A DNA stretch of 38,076 bases from a virus (Duplodnaviria; Heunggongvirae; Uroviricota; Caudoviricetes): the IMG/VR virus record IMGVR_UViG_2690316068_000004, positions 1 to 38,076 of that record. The stretch is one strand, 5' to 3'. Of this stretch, positions 1 through 11,694 are shown piece by piece; positions within the stretch are counted from its first letter, which is position 1; every line of letters begins with the position of its first letter. The notes beneath the pieces were generated by a model. That model saw nothing but the letters and a program-made list of their open reading frames with translations. It was not told the origin of the DNA and made no database searches. A program made the translations under genes and the position numbers.

Positions 1-858
1 ATGATGGCATTATTACTGGAGCCACTGCAGTTCACCTTTATAAGTCACGCACTGCTGATTTCACTGGTAGTTTCCATACCCTGTGCGCTGCTGTCGGTCT
101 TTCTGGTCCTGAAAGGTTGGGCACTGATGGGTGACGCGATGAGTCATGCGGTTTTTCCTGGCATCGTGCTTGCCTGGATTCTGGGGTTACCTTTGGCTAC
201 AGGGGCATTCGTCGCCGGAGTATTCTGCGCGGTGGCGACGGGATACCTGAAAGACAACAGCCGAATCAAGCAAGATACAGTGATGGGGATTGTTTTTTCT
301 GGCATGTTTGCCGCAGGTCTGATCTTGTATATTGCAGTCAAACCAGACGTACATCTTGACCATATTCTTTTCGGCGACATGCTCGGGATAACCATCGGCG
401 ATATAATCCAGACGGTGATTATTGCTGGGCTGGTTACACTTGTTATTAGCGTAAAATGGCGAGATTTTTTGCTGTTCAGCTTTGATTATCAACAGGCGCA
501 GGTAAGCGGTTTGCATACGAGATGGCTGCATTATGGGCTGCTGTGCATGGTCTCTCTGACCATTGTGGCGACGCTGAAAGCGGTAGGTATCATTCTCTCC
601 ATTTCTCTGCTCATTGCGCCTGGCGCCATTGCGGTACTCCTGACACAACGCTTTTATATTGCGCTCCTACTGGCGACTGGCATATCGGTAATAGTGTCAA
701 TGACCGGTGTCTGGCTGTCCTTTTTTATCGACAGCGCACCAGCTCCGACGATTGTCGTCTTATTCGCGGTCGCGTTCATCATGACGTTTACCGTTACCAG
801 CATCAACGCACGCACAAAGGGAAACGCCCATACACAGGATCTGTTATCACCCAATTAG
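1..858 (+). CDS. sitD: ABC-3 family metal (Mn/Fe) transporter permease, SitD/MntB-like; ORF begins at window edge so the true start may lie upstream
   Basis: 285-aa polytopic hydrophobic ORF whose sequence I recognise as SitD/MntB-type permease; ends at 858, convergent with the prophage tail fibre gene. Confidence 0.65.
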   Translation: MMALLLEPLQFTFISHALLISLVVSIPCALLSVFLVLKGWALMGDAMSHAVFPGIVLAWILGLPLATGAFVAGVFCAVATGYLKDNSRIKQDTVMGIVFSGMFAAGLILYIAVKPDVHLDHILFGDMLGITIGDIIQTVIIAGLVTLVISVKWRDFLLFSFDYQQAQVSGLHTRWLHYGLLCMVSLTIVATLKAVGIILSISLLIAPGAIAVLLTQRFYIALLLATGISVIVSMTGVWLSFFIDSAPAPTIVVLFAVAFIMTFTVTSINARTKGNAHTQDLLSPN

Positions 859-1862
859 CACAAGATCCGAGGACATCATCGTCCGCCAGCCTACAGCAGT
901 CCGGAAAGTCATGGAAGGTCGTTGGGAGGAGGTACGAATTCTATCATGCAAAAAATACGTAAAATCGATAATAGCTGGAAATAATTCAATACATGCACTC
1001 TCGAAAGTGCATCAGCCAACCGTGGCACGTTTTTGCATACAACGAGCCACGGTTCTCTTTACGATTTATAGCTGTATTGGTGAACTATGAGCAATTTTCG
1101 CGTTATATTCCAATCTTTAATCTCTTCACGGAACAAGTTGCATGCATGACTATATCAAGACAACTTATAACTACCAAAACATTTGCTTTGCAAGCAAAAA
1201 CGGGGACCATTGACTCTAAGAAAAATCCGATCTATTGTTAGGATTATTAAAGTTACTTAACAGTATTCCGAAATGAAAATACAAAGCAAGCTGATTGTCT
1301 TATTAAACATTATCATTGCATTTATACTATTTGAGCTTTTAGATCAAAAATTCGGTTTGAGTACATTATTTTAAAGCAAGATAAATAATATCGGGCACTC
1401 TAGTTTTTATAATTAACAATTAAACGCCCATAAAATGTTATTTACGTTTCTTCGCTATTGTAATATCTTAATATAGTGGTTTACGCCACTCTACTTTCAT
1501 CATATTTTGTACGTTTATGTACTCGCCATGAAACTCTTTCATGGCGCTTTCTTATTCTCAATCCAAAATCGTACTCTCTATCCTATTGCAAATCACGCCT
1601 TAACAAACTTATAACACATTTAAGTGATTATTACTAACTTACTCAAAAACAGATATTATTCACAGGTGATGAGTTCTAATGAATTACACTTCGGTGCTGC
1701 TGGCCAATCAACATCAGGTGCAGTTGATGTATCAACGCGGTTCAGCAACACCCGATACTTTTTCCAGACTTCCAGCAACGAAGTTTCTTCCTCCGTTGCG
1801 ATTTCCAGCTCAACAACAGTCTGAACGTACCAGGAACAGCCTCCTTCAGGGCTTGAAGGATA

Positions 1863-4800
1863 TCAATGTTCGCTTCCTGTTAACTGCCGGACAAGTGCAA
1901 CCAGTTCGCTTACCTGATTTTCCAGAGTGGTGATCCGGGTGCCTGCTGTTGCCAGATTTTCACGTAACGTTGTATTTTCCTCTTCCAGCGCGGTAACGCG
2001 ATCATCTGTTTCACGGGCGACCTGAATAAGTAAGCCAGTCACGGCGGCGTAGTCAACATTCAGATAACGTGTTTCTTCACGTAATTCATTGCCGTCAACC
2101 GTTGGTCCCTGCAACTCTTTACCGTAATGAGTGAATGAGCCTACCGCTTCCGGTATTGCCTCCATTGCTTCCTGTGCAATAACACCAGCGTAAGGTAGTC
2201 CGTTTTCCTTAAGTGTGTAGGTGTACCCGTTCATTTTACGGATAGCTTCGGTTGCGTCACTGATAATCTGAATATTGTCTTTCAGCTCGCGGTCTGATAA
2301 CTGATTCAGTGTTGTACAGTTAATAGCACCGTTTACATCAAACAGCTGACCTGACGATGTTTTTTGAGCATAAAACAGATACGCGGCAGACGTTCCAACC
2401 TCAAAAACGTTTTGTCGATCACTTGAACCCCACACCTTGACAGCAAATGATAGTTCTGTATTACCTAAGTTCTGTAAAACAAAACGATTGCCAGTCCCTG
2501 TTTGTTTTGTAAGAGCTAAATCAACAGTTGAGTTAACCTCATCCTTGTTGATAGTGAGCGCCTGCGCTTTAGCCCCGTTAACAGCACCTGTTTTGAGTTG
2601 AACCGCGCCGTCATTACCATTTAGCAGTATCTCAGCTCCGCTAAAGAAATTTTTTAGCGACAGCATCTTACTTACGCCGACTGATGAACCCAACGCCCAC
2701 GCGAGAGAATTACCGGTGCTATCAAACCCACGTACAAAGCAATCCATTTTGCTATAGTCTGACGTGCTTCCAAGGACATCAATCCGCCCTCCGCCAGATT
2801 TTAACGGGTTAGATGTGGTTAATGACCTGACAGCAAGATCGGTGGATGAATTTAGATCGTCTACTGTTAGTAATTTCTTCCATTCCTGCGTCGTTCCGTT
2901 TTCAACTGTTCTTCCCCAAAAACCGGAATTGCGGCCTCCGAACTGCACAGCATAATTTTTACTAAATTGAACATGAATGCCGCCAAGAACCATAGAACCT
3001 GCCGGGCCGTTTGTACTGCCTGCAATTGGTATAAATTTATTAATGTTATCAGTATGCTGCGTGTTCCAGTCTCGTCCTGTTTTTGTAAGCAGTCCTAATG
3101 TCGTGTCGAGCGCTTCGGTTAAAGTAAGGTTTTTAAATTTAACTGCGCTACTTTCGCCAAGACTTAAGTTGTTTCGCGCATCTTCTACTGTTGTCGCACC
3201 TGTACCTCCTTGCCCAACAGCTAATGGCAACCAGCCAGTGCCATTATGACAACCCCACAAACCAGATTTGGAAACCTGTAAGCGTGGTGCGCCTGAAGAA
3301 TACGTAGAATATACGTAAGTTGTTTCTTTTCCCTCTTCAACCCTTTCTGTTGATACATCTCTCTTCCATTCAGACCAGGTACCGCTACCTCCTTCATATA
3401 TTCGTCTATAAGTAATTCCCGGATTATTATAAGGGTAGTACACCTGAACGCAGGAAGAAGCAGTGTTGGCTCTCGTTTGGAGCACTATTAAAGCGCCCGC
3501 CAGACCGATTGGGTAATTTAATTCTTCTGTTGCGTAAGCGCTCGCTGGTTGTTGATAGAAACCAGAATATTCACCGGTAAGGGTGTTTAGGTCAGTATTA
3601 GCAAGACCAGCTTTTTGCTCATACATTACCCGCAAGTTCGCACGTGCTTGCTCGATAGTTCTTCCACCAGTACCGCCCTGGGCTAAACCTAACGGAGACC
3701 ATTGTCCAGAAGAAGAATCATAAACCCCCCAACTCCCGTTAGTATGGATTTCAAAGAAACGATCGTTAGTTGGGCCATATATACGAGTCGTCGATTCGTT
3801 TTGAAATAATCGACTGACTTCATCTTTGCGAGCGTGGCGTGTCCATTGCGGGCCTATACTAGTTAACCAGCGATAGGTGTAAATGGATCTGGTGTTCCAC
3901 CCCTGGAAAATACCTGTATAAGCTGGCGATCCGTCAACCTGACTTATAAAGCCAGTTAAATTACCCTCACCCGATGCAATCGAAGGAAAACCCGTGGCAT
4001 TTTCCATGATGCGCATAAAGCCAATATAACCTGATGGATTTCCTGAGATGTCAGAGCAATCACGCGGTGATGATCCCAAACCGATGTTAGTACCAACAAT
4101 ACCCTGGGCCTGGTTGCGATAATTAAGTGCGTCCGCCGCAGATTTCGCCGCGTTTGTTTCACTGGATTTAGCATTAGTTTCGCTGGCTTTAGCGTTGGTT
4201 TCGCTGCTCTTTGCTGCTGCTTCGCTATTTTTCGCGTTGGTTTCTGATTTTTTGGCTGCTGTCGCGGAGTTTGCTGATGCAGTTTGTGAGTCTGCTGCCG
4301 CCTGTGCGCTGTTATCCGCATTCGTCTCAGACGTTTTTGCGGCCTTCGCGGAATTTCCTGCCGCCGTTGCCGAAGAGGCTGCACTACTGGCGCTCGAGGC
4401 TGCGCTCGTTTCTGATGATTTCGCTGCCTCTTTTGAGGCCGCCGCATCCCGGGCTGAGGTGGCAGCTTCTGACGCTTTCGTGGTCGCGGTGGATGCAGAA
4501 GTGGCTGCAGATTTTTGTGACGCTGCAGCATTCGTTTCTGACGTTTTCGCCGCACCGGCACTGGTAGCCGCCGCGCTTTTTGAGGACTCTGCAGCGGCAG
4601 CACTTTTTGATGCTTCAGTAGCCTTTGTTGATGCCGTTCCTGCGCTGGAAGACGCTGACTGAGCCGACGACGCGGCCTGTCCGGCTGACGTGCTGGCTGC
4701 GCGTGCTGAGTCTGCAGCATCAGTCGCATAGGTTGCCGCCTCACTGGCCGATGTGCTGGCATCGCTGGCTGACTTCTTTGCGGCTGCCGTGTTCTGTGCC

Positions 4801-5159
4801 ACTGCGGACGCGTTACGCGCCACCTCTTCCACCATCAGTTCAAAGCGGCGCAGTGCCTCCGGACGGGCATCATCCTCCGTCATGGCACCGAGAAAATCAT
4901 TCAGCGTACCGGGTCGGGAATCTTCATACACGGTGATGGTCCCGGCATGTGACGGCGGGAATCCTTCCACCAACAGAATAACGCTGTACTGACCGTACTC
5001 AACGTCCATGCTGTAACGCCCGGCTTCATCCGGATTTTCAGATGCCACCGTGTTCACCACCACCGTGGTGCTGTTACGTTTTGCTTTCAGCTGGATTGTG
5101 CAGTTCTGTACCGGTTTACCTGCACCGTCTTTCAGTACACCTGAAATCTTTACTGCCAT
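1863..5159 (-). CDS. stf: Side tail fibre protein Stf, with A/S/T-rich repeat region and C-terminal intramolecular-chaperone-like domain
   Basis: N-terminus MAVKISGVLKDGAGKPVQNCTIQLKAK... matches lambda Stf as I recall it; 1098 aa; no separate tfa ORF downstream. Confidence 0.9.
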   Translation of the reverse strand: MAVKISGVLKDGAGKPVQNCTIQLKAKRNSTTVVVNTVASENPDEAGRYSMDVEYGQYSVILLVEGFPPSHAGTITVYEDSRPGTLNDFLGAMTEDDARPEALRRFELMVEEVARNASAVAQNTAAAKKSASDASTSASEAATYATDAADSARAASTSAGQAASSAQSASSSAGTASTKATEASKSAAAAESSKSAAATSAGAAKTSETNAAASQKSAATSASTATTKASEAATSARDAAASKEAAKSSETSAASSASSAASSATAAGNSAKAAKTSETNADNSAQAAADSQTASANSATAAKKSETNAKNSEAAAKSSETNAKASETNAKSSETNAAKSAADALNYRNQAQGIVGTNIGLGSSPRDCSDISGNPSGYIGFMRIMENATGFPSIASGEGNLTGFISQVDGSPAYTGIFQGWNTRSIYTYRWLTSIGPQWTRHARKDEVSRLFQNESTTRIYGPTNDRFFEIHTNGSWGVYDSSSGQWSPLGLAQGGTGGRTIEQARANLRVMYEQKAGLANTDLNTLTGEYSGFYQQPASAYATEELNYPIGLAGALIVLQTRANTASSCVQVYYPYNNPGITYRRIYEGGSGTWSEWKRDVSTERVEEGKETTYVYSTYSSGAPRLQVSKSGLWGCHNGTGWLPLAVGQGGTGATTVEDARNNLSLGESSAVKFKNLTLTEALDTTLGLLTKTGRDWNTQHTDNINKFIPIAGSTNGPAGSMVLGGIHVQFSKNYAVQFGGRNSGFWGRTVENGTTQEWKKLLTVDDLNSSTDLAVRSLTTSNPLKSGGGRIDVLGSTSDYSKMDCFVRGFDSTGNSLAWALGSSVGVSKMLSLKNFFSGAEILLNGNDGAVQLKTGAVNGAKAQALTINKDEVNSTVDLALTKQTGTGNRFVLQNLGNTELSFAVKVWGSSDRQNVFEVGTSAAYLFYAQKTSSGQLFDVNGAINCTTLNQLSDRELKDNIQIISDATEAIRKMNGYTYTLKENGLPYAGVIAQEAMEAIPEAVGSFTHYGKELQGPTVDGNELREETRYLNVDYAAVTGLLIQVARETDDRVTALEEENTTLRENLATAGTRITTLENQVSELVALVRQLTGSEH

Positions 5160-5170
5160 ATTCCCCCCAC

Positions 5171-5198
5171 AAAAAAGCCCGCCAGAACCGGCGGGCTG
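5171..5198 (-). terminator. Rho-independent terminator downstream of lom
   Basis: Minus-strand hairpin GCCCGCC/GGCGGGC (6-nt loop) followed by a T-run (plus-strand aaaaaa at 5171..5176). Confidence 0.5.
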
Positions 5199-5223
5199 TC
5201 ATAACACTGTGTTACCTGGCTAA

Positions 5224-5823
5224 TCAGAACTTATAACCGACACCCACGATGAAACCGTCAGTGCGCCAGTCGCCACTGCCGGAGCCTTCATAAGCAATAT
5301 CAATGGCCACGGATTCGGTCGGGTTAAACTGCACGCCAGCCCCCCACGCCAGAGACGTGTTGCTGCGGCGACCGTCATCACTTCCGGTCAGAACTTCGTG
5401 CGTTTTCCCCTTGTTGTCAGTTACGCGGAGATAATCCCCGGAGAAAGTCGACACACGGCTGTAAGCCACACCCGCCATCGCATACGCGCTGAACCATTCA
5501 TTCACGCGTACAGACGGCCCCGCCATCACGCTGAACCAGCGGTTACGCACGGAATCTTCATGCCAGCGGGTATCGCTGTAACGGGTCAGCTGGCGATTCT
5601 TGTCTCCTGCATAGCTGAATGACGTCACCAGCCCCAGTGTGTCCGTAAACTCATAACGGTATTTCACGTTAATCCCGTTAAGATCATCGCTGCCGGGAAC
5701 GTTCGTCGAGGCATGAAGATAGCCCGCGCTCAGCGTGGACTGATGTTCAGACGCCCATGCAGGCGCACCGGATACGGCCAGACAGATGGCTGCGGACAAA
5801 ATGGCGGCATAAAGTTTACGCAT
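5224..5823 (-). CDS. lom: Lom outer-membrane protein (Ail/Lom family beta-barrel)
   Basis: 199 aa with signal peptide; ends in aromatic C-terminal residue (GVGYKF); position between J and stf as in lambda. Confidence 0.9.
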   Translation of the reverse strand: MRKLYAAILSAAICLAVSGAPAWASEHQSTLSAGYLHASTNVPGSDDLNGINVKYRYEFTDTLGLVTSFSYAGDKNRQLTRYSDTRWHEDSVRNRWFSVMAGPSVRVNEWFSAYAMAGVAYSRVSTFSGDYLRVTDNKGKTHEVLTGSDDGRRSNTSLAWGAGVQFNPTESVAIDIAYEGSGSGDWRTDGFIVGVGYKF

Positions 5824-5844
5824 AATTACCTCTCGCTTTTCTGC

Positions 5845-5871
5845 AATAAAAAAGGCGTCATTTCTGACGCC
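5845..5871 (-). terminator. Rho-independent terminator downstream of J
   Basis: Minus-strand hairpin GGCGTCA-GAAA-TGACGCC followed by TTTTTTATT. Confidence 0.45.
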
Positions 5872-5889
5872 CGTTCTGGGTTATAAAAT

Positions 5890-9291
<3,402 letters not shown>

Positions 9292-9348
9292 TCACGCTCC
9301 ATAAACGACAAAACCGCCCGCAGGCGGTTTCACATAAAACATTTTGCA

Positions 9349-10020
9349 TCAGCGACCAATCACCACAACCTGACCACCATCCCCTTCGTCTGCCGTGCTG
9401 ATCTCCTGAGAAACCACGCGTGACCCCACGCGCATTTCACCGTACAGAACAGGCAGAACATTGCCCTGGGCAACCATGTTATCCAGTGACGAGAAATACG
9501 TGTTCTGCTTACCGTTATCCGTTGTCTGTGTACGGGGAGTTCTGGCTTTCGGTGCCAGCATCTGCGCCACACCACCAAGTACCATACTGGCACCGAGAGA
9601 AAACAGGATACCGGTCATACCACCGGCCCCAATGGCTGCCCCCCATGCTGCAAGGGTGGCTCCGGCAGTAAAGAATGATCCGGCAATGGCGGCAGCCCCC
9701 AGAACAATCTGGAATACGCCCCCTGACTTGGCCCCGGCGACTCTGGGAACAATATGAATCACAGCGCCGTCAGGCAGAACCTCATGTAACTGCGCCGTCA
9801 ATCCGGACGTGCTGACGTCCCGCCCGGAAATCCGTACCTGATACCAGCCGTCGCTCAGTTTCTGACGAAACGCCGGGAGCTGTGTGGCCAGCGCCCGAAT
9901 GGCTTCAGCCCCCGTTTTCACACGAAGGTCGATGCGGCGGCCAAATCGTTGTAAATCCCCGTAAAGGCAGATGCGCGCCATGCCCGGTGACGCCAGAGGG
10001 AGTGTGTGCGTCGCTGCCAT
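9349..10020 (-). CDS. I: Tail assembly protein I
   Basis: 223 aa, lambda I length and position; overlaps K 3' end. Confidence 0.9.
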   Translation of the reverse strand: MAATHTLPLASPGMARICLYGDLQRFGRRIDLRVKTGAEAIRALATQLPAFRQKLSDGWYQVRISGRDVSTSGLTAQLHEVLPDGAVIHIVPRVAGAKSGGVFQIVLGAAAIAGSFFTAGATLAAWGAAIGAGGMTGILFSLGASMVLGGVAQMLAPKARTPRTQTTDNGKQNTYFSSLDNMVAQGNVLPVLYGEMRVGSRVVSQEISTADEGDGGQVVVIGR

Positions 10021-10661
10021 TTGTCGGTATACCTCTCTCGTTTGCTCAGTTGTTCAGGAATATGGTGCAGCAGCTCGCCGTCACCACAGTAAATGGCGGC
10101 ATGATTCGGCACCGATGAACCAAAACAGCACAGCAGCACATCGCCCGGTTGTGCTGATGACAACGGCACCTGATACAGCCCTGTGGCCTCCAGATTATCC
10201 AGATAGAGATTCTGACCGTGACGCCACCAGTCATCCCCGCGATGAAAATCCGGCATCTCAATCCCCGCCAGATGATAAGCATCCCGGAACAGCGTGTAAC
10301 AGTCCGTCACCCCGTGCTCAAAGCGCCGCCCGGTGAGATGCGGCACACAGCGGAACTTGTGAATCGCCCCCCGGCAGACCAGCCACCACGGCAAATCACT
10401 CTGCACCTGCAGCCGCCGGTCAGCCTCACTCAGCCAGGGCAGACCACAGGGATGACTGTGGACCAGTGCCACAATCTCACCCTGCATCTCTGCCTGCAGC
10501 CAGTCCTCCGGAGCCATCCGGAAATAATCCTCCGGCTCACCGGAAATATTCACGCAGGGAAAATATCGTTCCCCCTCCGGCGTGCTTACCACGAAGCCGC
10601 ACGACTCCGCTGGCGCACATCGCCGGGCGTGCGCCAGAATCGCTGATTCTGTCTGTGTCAT
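9918..10661 (-). CDS. K: Tail assembly protein K (MPN/JAB plus NlpC/P60-type domains)
   Basis: Begins MTQTESAILAHARRCAPAESCGFV...; HSHP motif; lambda gene order. Confidence 0.9.
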   Translation of the reverse strand: MTQTESAILAHARRCAPAESCGFVVSTPEGERYFPCVNISGEPEDYFRMAPEDWLQAEMQGEIVALVHSHPCGLPWLSEADRRLQVQSDLPWWLVCRGAIHKFRCVPHLTGRRFEHGVTDCYTLFRDAYHLAGIEMPDFHRGDDWWRHGQNLYLDNLEATGLYQVPLSSAQPGDVLLCCFGSSVPNHAAIYCGDGELLHHIPEQLSKRERYTDKWQRRTHSLWRHRAWRASAFTGIYNDLAAASTFV

Positions 10662-10666
10662 GGGAT

Positions 10667-11365
10667 TTACTGCGAAAGTTTGTTAATGGAAAGGAAGCCG
10701 CCAAAGTTGCCGACGTTATTGCGGAACTTACAACCGCTCAGGCATTTGCTGCATTTATCCTTCGTGATATCGGACGTTGGCTGGTCATATTCATCCGCGA
10801 CAGCCGGACCGCTATAACCGCACTCGTCACCGCGATAGGTCCAGGTGCAGGTGTTGGCCAGCATGATACGTCCCGGAAAAACAGCGCCATCCGTTTCCGT
10901 CGGCGTGGACAGTACAAAAGAGGCACTCACCGCGCTCAGTTCGCTGCACTGCTCGATGCGCCAGCGGCTGATCACCTCCTGCTCCGGATCGGCGTCACTG
11001 TTTCCGTTGACGAAGTTCACCGCATCCAGAAAACGGGCGTAAACCTTACGCCTGACCACCGTTCCGCCGACCAGACTCTGCAGGTCTTCCGCCATCCCGG
11101 TGACCATGCCGTGCAGGTTAGAAACCGTCAGTGTCGGACGGGCAGCACTGCCCTTGCCGTTCAGTTCAAATCCCGTCCCCTGAATGGGGTATGCCTGATA
11201 CTGCCGCCCCTGCCAGGTAACCGGCTCACCTTTTTCGTTCTGCTCATTACAGAAAAAATAACGTTCTCCACCGACCTCTGTCAGATCGATTTCCCAGAGC
11301 ACCACGCTGGCCGACTGCTCCGCACGGGTGCATTCATTCAGTGTTTCCTGCCGGATATCCTGCAT
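10667..11365 (-). CDS. L: Minor tail protein L
   Basis: 232 aa, lambda L length and position. Confidence 0.9.
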   Translation of the reverse strand: MQDIRQETLNECTRAEQSASVVLWEIDLTEVGGERYFFCNEQNEKGEPVTWQGRQYQAYPIQGTGFELNGKGSAARPTLTVSNLHGMVTGMAEDLQSLVGGTVVRRKVYARFLDAVNFVNGNSDADPEQEVISRWRIEQCSELSAVSASFVLSTPTETDGAVFPGRIMLANTCTWTYRGDECGYSGPAVADEYDQPTSDITKDKCSKCLSGCKFRNNVGNFGGFLSINKLSQ

Positions 11366-11694
11366 CAGTTCACCACCTGTTCAAACTCTGCGCTGAACTC
11401 AACACGCAGCATACTGACCCGCGACGACCATTTTGCGCAGGTCACCTTTATCTGCCGCCACTCATAAGGCGGCGTCCACAGAAAGGATTTCCAGCCCCCG
11501 TGCTCAGCCAGAAACGACTCCAGCGCCGTGGCCTCCCAACGGGGAACAGAAAGCGTCACGCTGTACGTTTTCAGGTCGGCATTCAGCCCGGCAGGCGCTC
11601 GCTGGGAATAGCCATCACCAAAGCGCACTTTCCTGACGGAAGGGGCCGAAGCCACATCCATACCGGGTTTCACTTTCCAGCGGAAGGTTTTCAT
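11365..11694 (-). CDS. M: Minor tail protein M
   Basis: 109 aa, lambda M length and position; overlaps H stop. Confidence 0.9.
   Translation of the reverse strand: MKTFRWKVKPGMDVASAPSVRKVRFGDGYSQRAPAGLNADLKTYSVTLSVPRWEATALESFLAEHGGWKSFLWTPPYEWRQIKVTCAKWSSRVSMLRVEFSAEFEQVVN

Noticed and set aside
993-1933. Small plus-strand ORFs (993..1241, 1624..1824, 1679..1933) in the AT-rich junction as a tfa remnant
   Set aside because: No similarity to tail fibre assembly proteins; low-complexity translations; the last overlaps the stf 3' end.
3956-4762. 268-aa minus-strand ORF and 155-aa plus-strand ORF (4195..4662) inside stf
   Set aside because: Alternate-frame and antisense readings of the Ala/Ser/Thr repeat tract of Stf; extreme low-complexity Arg/Gln/Pro or Ala-rich translations.
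4124-4817. Tandem repeats as a possible CRISPR array
   Set aside because: The repeats are imperfect, in-frame and coding within Stf, with no spacer structure and no cas genes in the window.
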